A stretch of 64,000 nucleotides of DNA. It comes from Chiloscyllium plagiosum. Lineage: Eukaryota. A program made the translations under genes and the position numbers. Positions 52,721 to 63,584 of the stretch are shown here, one piece after another; positions within the stretch are counted from its first letter, which is position 1, and each line of letters begins with the position of its first letter. The notes beneath the pieces were generated by a model that saw nothing but the letters and a program-made list of their open reading frames with translations, did not search any database and had not been told where the DNA came from. The stretch lies in the NCBI RefSeq assembly GCF_004010195.1, contig NC_057717.1, forward strand, positions 106,329,127-106,393,126, read 5' to 3'.

Positions 52721-52903
52721 TATATTATTAAGACTCAGCTTGGCAAAAAAAGAAAGTTATTCAAAATACTGTAGGCCACCACTATCAAACTATGGTTTGC
52801 ACATGCTCTGGCTGACTTAAAGCAAACATTTACATTTACTGGATATTTGCACCATAATACAAGATAAGTTTTTTTTGTAATATCTTGAGCAATTGGAACT
52901 CAC

Positions 52904-53218
52904 CGTAAGTTTGCAGTGTGACAGAAGAGTTTGTGATTGACTTTGTGGTATTAGAGCCCAAGTCCACTTCAGCCAAGCAGGTGTACTCCTGTCCATCATC
53001 TGATCGACTCGCAACGAAATTGAAGACATTTCTCAACCTTTTATCTTCATCCGGAAGACCTAGTTCACCTGTGGAATCTCTCTGGACAATCTCACTCCCT
53101 CTCAGCCATGTGAGAATGAGTTTGTTGTTTGCATAGACTCTTGGGCCAATGCACTCCAGACGATATGTTCTGTTAATCTCCAGTACTTCAGGAAGTACTG
53201 TAATGCTTATCTCTCGAT
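52904..53218 (-). CDS. Gene B exon: ICAM D2-like Ig domain (xREISITVLPEVLEINRTYRLEC...LTWLRG...GQEYTCLAEVDL...VTLQTY)
   Basis: Acceptor ctcctttaacag|AT, donor G|gtgagt, 315 nt, open frame. C...W-L-R-G...Y-T-C-x-A-E-V-D-L resembles ICAM-1 D2 (LLRG...FSCRTELDL). Confidence 0.85.
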
Positions 53219-53538
53219 CTGTTAAAGGAGAATCACAGTTAACAAGTTTCACTGAAATAGTGTACCTGAGGACCATGTTCTATCTCCTCACACATTTACT
53301 CAGATACATAAGAGATGTAAGTGTGTATGTATTCAACAAAAGGTTACTAAAATACTTGAACAGAGGCCAGTATCCTGTCACCAAGTCACCCTTTATTTAC
53401 ACATGGAGACTAATCCATCTCCGTCAGGGCCAGCTCTCAGAGTGATCAGAACCTCTGACACTCCTGTTTATACCTGTCAGCCACAGCTCCCTGATTGGAC
53501 CAGATAAAGAGCCCTAATCAGGGAACTCATTCTATGAT

Positions 53539-53771
53539 ACCCAGAAACAAAAATCAAGATTGCTGGAAAAACTCAGCAGGTCTGGCAGCATCTATGGAGA
53601 CAAATCAGACCTAATGTTTGGGGTCAAGTGACCCTTTCCCTATTCTGAGGAAGGGTCATTTGACAGGAAATATTAACTCTGATTTCTCTCCACAGATGCT
53701 GCAAGACTTGCTGAGCTTTTCCAGCAATTTTGATTTTTTTTCTGATTTACACCATCTGCAGTTGTTTCAGT
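53539..53771. mobile_element. Palindromic Penelope-derived insertion (family 2) with 9-bp TSD
   Basis: TSD ttctatgat (53530-53538, 53772-53780); inverted arms; decayed core CTGAGGA-agggtca..tgac..GAAA. Confidence 0.7.
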
Positions 53772-55184
53772 TTCTATGATGTCCACCTGGCTGACCTCAT
53801 TACAATTATTACATCCCTCCCTCTTTATTTTCCTCTTTAGGTGGCAAAGGCATTGAGACAGTGACATCCACCTCAGATTTTGTAGTACCTTAAATGCTTA
53901 ACGGAGACAGAGACCCCATGGGTTTTTGAACAGTCAGAAAGGCAGTGAAGAGCAGGGCACATTTTGCTCCTGCAATGTTTGCAGCTTTCATATGATCCAT
54001 GTACTTGTTCAGGACTGTTGCACCTACCCAAACCTTAGACATCACTGGACCTGACCTTACATTGACTGTGACTCCAGCGCATTCAAGGCCATTCCCACGG
54101 TTCCTACACCAAACTTTGAGCCCTAAAGTAAACTGTCTCTCTCATTTAGTGGAGCATTGTGTCCAGCATTGATGTTTCTGATACCATTTCACCCTCCCCT
54201 CAAGACTAGGAAGATCAGGTTTAACCTGTTGTGGAGTCTTCTACCCATTAGCAACTCTGCTGGAGCTATCCCTGTAGTTGCATGAGGGATGGGTCGATAG
54301 TCAAACAGGAACTGGGACAGTTTGGTATCGAGTGAAGCTGTAGGCTATTTCTTTTAGCCTGCCTACAAAATTTGAAATGTTTTTTTCTGCCATACCATTG
54401 GATGATGGAATGGCTCAGAGCTGTCTTATGTGATGCATATCATTCGGCTTTAGGAAATAGTCAAGTCCCCTGCTTGAAATGATAGTCTGTTATCTGTGAC
54501 CAACATCTCGAACAGTCCACGTATTGTAAAATATTTGCAGTACTCTGTCATCATCCATGTGTAAGACAAATTAACTCTACACATATCCAGCCATTTTGAG
54601 TGGATATCCAAAAAGACTAAGGACATTGAGCTCATGACAGGAGCCGCATAGTCAAAGTGTAACCGAGTCCAGTGTTTACCCAACCATTTGCACAAATGTG
54701 GGGAGTGCTTTTGGTCATTTTTGTCCTTGTGTGTATTGCCCCACCAATGCAGCTTTGTCTGTATCCAATCCTCCAATCCAATAACTTCTCATCAATGTCT
54801 TCATTTTGGAAACCCTTGTACACCCCTGTGGAGTTCAGTCAGTATCTTGGTGCTGACCCTTGCTACGGACAACCACTCTTGCTCCCCATAATAAAATGCT
54901 GTCCTCGACTGTGATCTGATCTCTCTAGGTCCAGAAACATTTCAATTCTGATTGTGATGGCCCTTTGGCTTCCCCCCCATCACCACCAGCTGGTTCAGTT
55001 TTGCCAGGACTGGATCTTTGTCCAGAGTCTGATATTGTCAGTTGTGACTGGAAGTGTGTCCAGAAAGTTTAATACCAGAGTGGACTCTTCTTGTAGTGGT
55101 CCCACCGGTGGTGTACCTTCCAGCAGGAGGCGGTTCAGTGCAACTACATTTGCTCCTTGGCCTCCCAGACAGTGTTCCAACCTG

Positions 55185-55494
55185 TAGATTAGATTAGATT
55201 ACTTACAGTGTAGAAACAGGCCCTTCGGCCCAACAAGTCCACACCTACCCGCCAAAGCGCAACCCACCCAGACCCATTCTTCTACACCTAACACTACGGG
55301 CAATTTAGCATGGCCAATTCACCTAACCTGCACATTTTTGGACTGTTGGAGGAAACCGGAGCACCCAGAGGAAACCCACACAGACACTGGGAGAATGTGC
55401 AAACTCCACACAGTCAGTCGCCTGAGGCAGGAAATGAACCCGGGTCTCTAGCATTGTGAGGCAACAGTGCTAACCACTGTACCACCGTGCCGCC
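55185..55494 (-). mobile_element. HE1-type SINE, full length
   Basis: tRNA-like head at 55494, (TAATC)n tail at 55185. Confidence 0.88.
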
Positions 55495-55558
55495 AATATA
55501 ATTAGAGCCCACCACTGAATTCAGTCTGAAGCTGTGAGCAGCACTGCCTTGTCCTCTT

Positions 55559-55769
55559 CAGTTAAAAATCACACTACACCAGTTTATAGTCCAACAGGTT
55601 TATTTGGAAGTACTAGCTTTCAGGTAACTAGTGGGGCAGGATCATAATTTGTAGCTATAAGGGGCAGCACTCTGAAAGCAAGTACATCCAAATAAATCTG
55701 TTGGGACTACAACCTGGTGTTGTGTGATTTTTAATGTAGTCCTCCCAGTCCAATACTGACACCTCCACA
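55559..55769. mobile_element. Palindromic Penelope-type insertion (family 3) with 12-bp TSD
   Basis: TSD ccttgtcctctt (55547-55558, 55770-55781); inverted arms. Confidence 0.7.
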
Positions 55770-56133
55770 CCTTGTCCTCTTTAAGTAGACCTAGAAGGGT
55801 TTGTGGTCTGTTAATATTACAAATTTATGTCTGTCAAGGTATTGGTGGAACATCCTGACTCCAAACGTGACTGCTAAACCTTCATTCTCCATCAGGGCAT
55901 ACAGGGAAGCACCGCATGTCAGTACCAGATCCTGTTTAGAATCTTAATGTTTCTTACAGGAATTACCTGTTTCTTGGCTTCCCTGAAAGCTACGGCTTGG
56001 CTACATGACCATTTCTGAGGCTGACCCTTTTTAAAGAGTTGATTCCAAAGGTGCCAGGATGGAGGCCACATTGTGTATCAACTTTCCGGAATAGTTCACC
56101 AGCCCAAGGAAAGACCGAAGCTCTGATACTGAG

Positions 56134-58360
56134 GTGGGAATAAATTGGGAACAGGGAAATGCGTTCCTGAAGAAGGGGCTTATGCCCGAAACGTCGATTC
56201 TCCTGCTCCTTGGATGCTGGCTGACCTGCTGTGCTTTTCCAGCAACACATTTTTCAGCTCTGATCTCCTGCATCTGCAGTCCTCACTTTCTCCCAACAGG
56301 GAAATGCAGAACAGAAATGTGGAAGTTGTTTAGGAAGCACTTGCTGATAATACTGGATAGCTTTGTATCATTGAGGCAAGGAAGGGATGGTAGAGTGAAG
56401 GAAATTTGGATGACAAGAAATGTGGAACATCTAATCGAGCGGAAGAATGAACCTTACTTAAGGTTGAGGAGGCAAGGATCAGACAGGGCTCTAGAGAGTC
56501 ACGAGGTAGCCAGGAAGGAACTGAAGAATGGACTTAGGAGAGCTAGAAGGGGGCATGAACATGCTTTAGCGGGTTGGATTAAGGATAACACCAAGGAATT
56601 CTACACTTATGTGAGGAACAAGAGGATGGCCAGTGTCAGGGTAGGGCTGATCAGGGATAGTGGAGGAAACTTGTGCCTGGAGTCAGAGGAGGTAGACTGA
56701 GGACCTTGATGAATACTTTGCTTCAGTATTCACTACTAAGGGGGTCCTTCTCATTTGTGAGGACAACGTAAAACACGCTGATATGCTTGAACAGGTTGAT
56801 GTTAAGAAAGAGGATGTGCTGAAAAGTTTGAAAAACATAAGGATACATAAGTCCCCTGGGCCAGAGATGGCATATACCTAAAGTCAGTACAGGAAGCAAG
56901 GGAAGAGGTTGCTGTGTCTTTGGCGATGAAGTTTGCGTCCTCACTATCCAGTGAAGTAGTACTAGATGACTGGAGGGTGGCAAATGTTATTCCCTTGTTC
57001 AAGAAAGTGAATAGGGATAACTCTGGGAATTACAGATCAGTCAGTCTTATGTCTGTAGCAAGCAAATTATTGGAGAGGATTCTGAGAGACAGGACTGATG
57101 ATTACTTGGAAAACCATAGTTTCATTAGAGATAGCATGGCTTTGTGAGTGGTGGGTCATGCCTCACAAGCCTTTTTGAAGGATGTGACAAAACACATTGA
57201 TGAAGGTAGAGCAGTGGATATGGTGTATATGGATTTTACCAAGGCATTTAAAAGGTACCTCATGATAGGCTCATTCAGAAAGTAAGGAGGCATGGGAAAC
57301 AGGGATATTTGGCTGTCTGGACACAGAATTGGCTGGCCAATAGAGGACAGAGGGTGGTAGTTGATGGACAGTGTTCAGCCTGGAGCTAGGTGACTAGTGA
57401 TGTTCCATAGGGATCGGTTCAGGGACTCTGCTCTTTGTGATTTTTATAAATGACTTGGTGAGGAAGTAGAAGAGTGGGTTAGTAAGTTTGCCAATGACAT
57501 GACTGTTTGTGGAGTGGTTGATAGTTTGGAGGGCTGGTGTAGTTGCAACGGGACATTGACAGGATGCAGAGCTGGGCTGAGAAGTGGCAGATGGAGTTCA
57601 ACCTGGAAAAGTATGAAATTATTCATTTTGGAAGTTCAAATTTGAATACAAAATACAGGATTAAAAGCAGGATTCTTGGCAGCGTGGAGGAACAAAGGAA
57701 TCTTGGGGTCTATGTCATAGATCCCTCAGATTTGTCACCCAAATTGATAGGGTTGTTAAGAAGTTACACGGTGTGTTGCCTTTCATTAGCAGGGGGATTG
57801 AGTTTAAGAGCTGTAAAGTTGTGCTGCAGCTCTGTAGAGCCCTGGTTAGACCACATATGGAATATTGTGTTCAGTTCTGGTCGCCTCGTTATCGGAAGGA
57901 TGTGGAAGCTTTATAGAGAATGCAGAGGAGATTTACCAGGATGCTGCCTGGACTGGAGGTCATGTCTTATGAAGAAAGGTAGAGAGTGCTAGGGCTTTTC
58001 TCAATGGAGTGAAGAAGGATGAGAGGTGACTTGATAGAGGTGTACAAGACGATGAGAGGCATAGATAGAGTGAGTAGTCTGAGAATTTTTCCAAGGCCAG
58101 AAATGACTATCATTAGGGGCATAATTTTAAGGTGATTGGAGATGTCAGAGGTAGGTTATTTACACAGAGACTGGTGAGTGTGTAGAGTGCACTGTCAGCA
58201 ATGGTAGTAGTGTCAGATATATTAGGGACATCTAAGTGACTCTTGGATAGGCACATGGATAATAGTGAAATGAAGGGAATGTAGGTTAGTTTGATCTTCC
58301 AGGTCGGCACAACATCGAGGGCTGAAGGCCTGTACTGTGCTGTACTGATCTATGCTCTCT
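56134..58360 (+). mobile_element. 5'-truncated CR1 (RT + 3' UTR)
   Basis: ORF2 motifs throughout. Confidence 0.9.
56163..56294 (+). mobile_element. Short Penelope terminal insertion with hammerhead motif and 13-bp TSD
   Basis: TSD aacagggaaatgc (56150-56162, 56295-56307); ttcCTGAAGAaggggcttatgcccGAAACGTCga. Confidence 0.8.
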
Positions 58361-58364
58361 GTAA

Positions 58365-59520
58365 ATCAAGTGAGACACAATTTCTCAACCACCAAGCCAT
58401 GTTGACTATCCCTAATCAGTTTTTGCCTTTCCAAATGCGTGTAGATCCTGTCCCTCAGAATCTCCTCCAACAACTTGCCCCCCATTGACGTAAGGCTCAT
58501 CAGTCTATAATTCCCCACTTTTTCCTTACTTCCTATTCTTAAATAATGTCACCACATTAGTCAACCTCCAGTCTTCCAGTGCCCCACCCTATTGATGATA
58601 CAAATATCCAGACTGTAGGGATTCTATCTCAGCAAGGGACCCTGTAAACTGTTTCGTGGCTCCCCACAAAGTTCTGCGATACACTTGATCAGGTCTCAGG
58701 GATTTATCTGCCTATATAAATTTAAGACCTCTAGCACATCTTCTTCTGTAATGTTAACTCTCTCCAAGACATTTGCCAAAGCTATCACTTGTCCCCCTTT
58801 TGCCCTCCTGATTTCCTTCCTATTGCCCTCATACTAGTCTAGGGATTCACTCGATCCCAGCTGTCTATACCTGACATATGCCTGCTTTTCCTAACCAGAG
58901 CCTCAATTTCTCTACTCATCCAGCATTCCCTACACCTACCAGCCTTGCCCTTTGCACTAACAGGAACTGTCTCTGAACTCTTATTACCTTTTTTTTAAAG
59001 CCCTTACACTTTCCAACCATCCCCGTACTGGAAATAATGATCTCCAATTAATCTTTAAAAGTTTCTCTGTAATACCATCAAGATTGGCCTTGCCCTAACT
59101 TAAGACTTTAACTTTTTGATCAGTTCTATACTTTTTTATAACTGTTTTAAGACAAATAAAATTATGATCACTTGCTTCAAAGTGCTCCTCCACTGACACC
59201 TCAGTCACTTGCCCTGCTTTGTTTCCTAACAGGAGGTCAAATATTACTCTTTCTCTAATAGATACATGCACATGTTGAATAAGGATGTTTTCCTGTACAC
59301 ACTTAAATTCCTCCCCATCTAGGCACTTAACACAATGAGAATCCTAGTCATTTCGCCATTCCTGATGAAAGGCTTTTGCCTGAAATGTTGATTCTCCAGT
59401 TCCTTGGATGCTGCCTGACGTGCTGTGCTTTTCCAGCACCACACTCTCTAATCTCCAGCATCTGCAGTCCTCACTTTTGACTATGAGAAAACCTAGTCAA
59501 TGTTTGGAAAGTTAAACCTG
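58365..59520 (-). mobile_element. Old CR1 ORF2 fragment
   Basis: Similar to 5470-6700 with deletions. Confidence 0.75.
59351..59482 (+). mobile_element. Short Penelope terminal insertion with hammerhead motif
   Basis: cattcCTGATGAaAGGC(tttt)GCCTGAAAtGTTga; imperfect TSD atgagaa..cctagtca. Confidence 0.75.
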
Positions 59521-59632
59521 TTTCTATCATCCTTTCAGATAGTGACTTCCAGTTACCCACCATCCACTCTCTGGTGAAGAAAATATGCCTTAAATCACCT
59601 CTCCTGAGAGGATAAATTTCTTCCCATCTCCT

Positions 59633-59960
59633 TTAGATTAGATTCACTACAGTGTGGAAACAGGCCCTTTTGCCCAGCAAGTCCGCACCGAACCTCTTAA
59701 GAATAACCTACACAGACCCAGTCCCCGACCCTACATTTACCCTAACTAATGCACCGAACACTATGGGCAATTTAGCATGGCCAAGTCACCGAAACTGCAC
59801 ATCTTTGGATTGTGGGGGGAAACTGGAGCACCTGAAGGAAACCCACGCAGACACAGGGAGAACGTGCAAACTCTACTTAGACAGTCACCCAAGCCTGGAA
59901 TCAAACCCAGGTCCCTGGCACTGTGAGGCAGCAGTACTAACCACTGAGCCACCATGCCAC
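59633..59960 (-). mobile_element. HE1-type SINE
   Basis: tRNA-like head and (TAATC)n tail. Confidence 0.85.
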
Positions 59961-60187
59961 CCCAAATTTATTTATGCCCCCCAATTGTGTACACCTCAAC
60001 CAGGTCCCCATTCAGTCTTCTGTGCTCTAAGGAAAACAACCCCAGCCCACCTTGTCTCTTTTCATCACTGAGTTGCTGTAGTCTAGGCAACATCCTGCTG
60101 AATCTCTTCTGCACCCCCTCCAATGCAATCACATCTTTCCAATAGTGTGGTGACCAGAACTGAACTAGCTGTGGCCTAACTAGTGTT

Positions 60188-61056
60188 AAAAATCAGACAA
60201 CACCAGGTTATAGTTCAACAGCTTTATTTGGAAGCACGAGCTTTTGGAGCATTGCTCCTTCATCAGGTAGCTAGTGGGGTAGAATCATAGGACACAGAAT
60301 TGAGAGTAAAAGATCAAAGTGTCATACAACTGATGTGATATGTTAAACAAACCTCAATTGCTGTTCAGTCATTAATCACTTTGAATGGGGATGCACATAA
60401 CCTTTTAGAAATAACATAACCTTTTAGAAAAGAAAAGTGACATCTCAGCTCAGACAATGCATTAAAGGTGTGAGGTTAGAGTCTGTCTGTATCCCAAACT
60501 TGAGTCAGACTGATTTTGTTTCCATAGTAATTTATAAAATCCTACATGGACTGACTGTCTACAGACTTTGTGCTTTTTCAGCAAAATAGAATGTGTCCGC
60601 AAATATAATTCTGCAAAAGCAAATTTACCCTACAGACTTATATGTGTGTGTGCGTGCATATGAGGGAGAGAAAGTATGTGTGGGAGAAAGAGGGAAAGAG
60701 TGTGTGAATGAATGTGCATGTGTGTGAGTGTGTGTGTCTGTATTTGTGCATGCTTAATACAGTGTGTGTGTGAGTGTGATGGAGTATGTATCTGTGAGAG
60801 GGTGTGTGCACATCTGAGAGAATGTGTGTGGATGAGAGAGTGTCTGCATAAGTGTGCGTGATCGTGTAAGAGTGTGTATATATTTGTTCAATACATTGCA
60901 TCAGTTGTATGACACTGATCTTTTACTAAAATTCTGTGTCCTATGATCCTGTCTCACGAGCTGATGAAGGAGCAGCGTTGTTGGCTATTACCTGGTGTTG
61001 TGTGATTTTTAACTTGTTCACCCCAGTCCAACACCAGCACCTCCACAGCATGGCTT
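60188..61056. mobile_element. Penelope-type non-coding insertion (family 3) with inverted termini, TG-rich tract and 9-bp TSD
   Basis: TSD actagtgtt (60179-60187, 61057-61065); CTGATGAaGGAGC cores on opposite strands near each end. Confidence 0.7.
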
Positions 61057-61935
61057 ACTAGTGTTGGAAACAGCTCCATCATAACCTCACTGCTCTTGTA
61101 TTCAATGCCTTGAATAATAGAGGCAAGTATCCCATGTGCCTTCCTAACCACCTTATCTACCTGCCATGTGGCTTTCAAGGATTTAAGAACATCTGCACCA
61201 AGGTCCCTCGGATCCTCTGTATGTCGGGTCTGACCATTCACTTGCCTTGTTAGTCTACCCAAAATGTATAATCTCACCGTTTTCAGGATTACATTTCATT
61301 TGCCATTGTTCGGCCTGTTTTGGATCTTCTTTATTATACTGTAATCTAAGACTTTCCTGTTTATTATTTACCACACCACCAAACAAACATACTGATCATA
61401 ACTTCTGCATTCATGTTTAGATCATCACCTTACACAACAAACAGCAAAGGACCCAGCACCAGTTCCTGTAGAACCCCACTGGACACAGGTTTCCAGTCAC
61501 TAAAATTCTTCAACCACCAGCTTCTCTTCTTATCACTGGCCGATTTTGGAGCCATTTGCCAAATTGCCCTGGATTCCGTGGGCTCTGATATTCTTGGGCA
61601 GGGTGTGAGCATTCTGAACCTCCAACCCTCTACACAAGCTTGATAGTTACTACTGAACACTCTCTCTACCCGATAAACGCAACCACTGGGATGGCAAATG
61701 TCTCCATTTGTGATTTTAAAACCATGTTTTCCTGTTGTTTGAAAGTCTGATATTTCATTCTGTCTTGATCTCATGTGTACTTCCCAATCATTTATTTTCA
61801 TTTGTCTAAAATGTTAATGAAAATGAAAAATCCCCTCTTGTTAAACTCTCGGGTGTAATTTCTGGTGAGGAGTGGTCTGTGGCTGTATTTGACTGAGATT
61901 AACTACATACCGTACTGGATGCCGTCACTGTTGCT

Positions 61936-62035
61936 GGAAAGTCCCCGGACTGTTCCGCGGACGGAGCGAGGTCACTCCAAGGACAGGAGAACATTCTTGG
62001 GGAAAGTTTCAGTCCAGCTCAGTGGGGAATGCCCC
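61936..62035. promoter_or_regulatory. NF-kB site cluster (copy 1)
   Basis: GGGACTTTCC (minus, 61936-61945), GGGGAAAGTTTC (61999-62010, imperfect) and near-palindromic GGGGAATGCCCC (62024-62035) within 100 bp of CpG-rich unique sequence. Confidence 0.6.
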
Positions 62036-62050
62036 TCACTTTGCCGTTAC

Positions 62051-62354
62051 CTGAGCCACTCATAACCGTGTCCATCTTTATTACCGAGGATTTCTACCGC
62101 AGTATTCAATACTGAACGGAACAGACGGATTCTTTACATAGTGGACAATGACTGGTTCATGTCCAGGATTTGCTCCGTGTGTGTGTGTTGGGGCAGTTTG
62201 AACAGACAGTTGGAATTGCTGCTCCCGGGATGGTACACCGGCAGCAACTCAGCACCGTCAGGTCTAACAGCACCGGAACAGCAGAAACCACACTGATACA
62301 ACTGACTGAACTCAACGGAGCCCAGAGCTCTGCGATCTCTGCTCGAGGGACGGT
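62051..62354 (-). other. Candidate CpG-rich first exon / promoter, ending in donor CAG|gtaacg
   Basis: Visible CpG enrichment relative to the window and a plausible donor at 62051. The only phase-1 ATG frame is MDTVMSGS, which is not a signal peptide. The 5' limit is a guess. Confidence 0.35.
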
Positions 62355-62368
62355 GAAGAGAGTCGAGA

Positions 62369-62491
62369 TTCTGGATTAGTGGTGCTGGAAGAGCACAGCA
62401 GTTCAGGCAGCATCCGGTCCTCAGCTGTGCTCTTCCAACACCACTAATCTGGAATCAGGTTTCCAGCAACTGCAGTCATTGTTTTTACCTA
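62369..62491. mobile_element. Palindromic Penelope-derived mini-insertion (family 4) with 14-bp TSD
   Basis: TSD gaagagagtcgaga (62355-62368, 62492-62505); inverted arms; no hammerhead core retained. Confidence 0.7.
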
Positions 62492-63484
62492 GAAGAGAGT
62501 CGAGAGCCTGGGCTGGGTGTGGGGTTATAGAACCCCACTTCCAGCTAACCCATCAAACATTTCAGCGAACGTACGAAGCCTCACAGCACCTCCACAGCAT
62601 GGCTTACTAGTGTTGGAAACAGCTCCATCATAACCTCACTGCTCTTGTATTCAATGCCTTGAATAATAGAGGCAAGTATCCCATGTGCCTTCCTAACCAC
62701 CTTATCTACCTGCCATGTGGCTTTCAAGGATTTAAGAACATCTGCACCAAGGTCCCTCGGATCCTCTGTATGTCGGGTCTGACCATTCACTTGCCTTGTT
62801 AGTCTACCCAAAATGCATTAGCTCACCGTTTTCAGGATTACATTTCATTTGCCATTGTTCGGCCTGTTTTGGATCTTCTTTATTATACTGTAATCTAAGA
62901 CTTTCCTGTTTATTATTTACCACACCACCAAACAAACATACTGATCATAACTTCTGCATTCATGTTTAGATCATCACCTTACACAACAAACAGCAAAGGA
63001 CCCAGCACCAGTTCCTGTAGAACCCCACTGGACACAGGTTTCCAGTCACTAAAATTCTTCAACCACCAGCTTCTCTTCTTATCACTGGCCGATTTTGGAG
63101 CCATTTGCCAAATTGCCCTGGATTCCGTGGGCTCTGATATTCTTGGGCAGGGTGTGAGCATTCTGAACCTCCAACCCTCTACACAAGCTTGATAGTTACT
63201 ACTGAACACTCTCTCTACCCGATAAACGCAACCACTGGGATGGCAAATGTCTCCATTTGTGATTTTAAAACCATGTTTTCCTGTTGTTTGAAAGTCTGAT
63301 ATTTCATTCTGTCTTGATCTCATGTGTACTTCCCAATCATTTATTTTCATTTGTCTAAAATGTTAATGAAAATGAAAAATCCCCTCTTGTTAAACTCTCG
63401 GGTGTAATTTCTGGTGAGGAGTGGTCTGTGGCTGTATTTGACTGAGATTAACTACATACCGTACTGGATGCCGTCACTGTTGCT

Positions 63485-63584
63485 GGAAAGTCCCCGGACT
63501 GTTCCGCGGACGGAGCGAGGTCACTCCAAGGACAGGAGAACATTCTTGGGGAAAGTTTCAGTCCAGCTCAGTGGGGAATGCCCC
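63485..63584. promoter_or_regulatory. NF-kB site cluster (copy 2)
   Basis: Identical to 61936-62035, offset +1549. Confidence 0.55.

Larger units (their letters stand above)
32250..53218 (-). pseudogene. ICAM/VCAM1-like multi-Ig type I membrane protein gene B (D2-D6 + TM/cytoplasmic exons); probable pseudogene or exon-skipping gene, leader and D1 not identified
   Basis: Six colinear minus-strand exons: five phase 1-1 Ig exons of 315/294/288/246/288 nt and a terminal TM exon. Lesions: acceptor AC (50368-50369), TGA (40365-40367), donor AT (40329-40330), Cys->Gly in last Ig domain. Confidence 0.8.
53345..56133 (-). mobile_element. Gypsy LTR remnant (3' LTR + integrase/RNase H) with nested insertions
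   Basis: ELRSFLGLVNYSGK, WTRLHFDYA, LVTDN motifs; LTR related to the 33-39 kb element. Confidence 0.85.

Noticed and set aside
61994-62004. STAT/GAS site TTCTTGGGGAA
   Set aside because: Five-base spacer; GAS elements need N3 (or N4 for STAT6).
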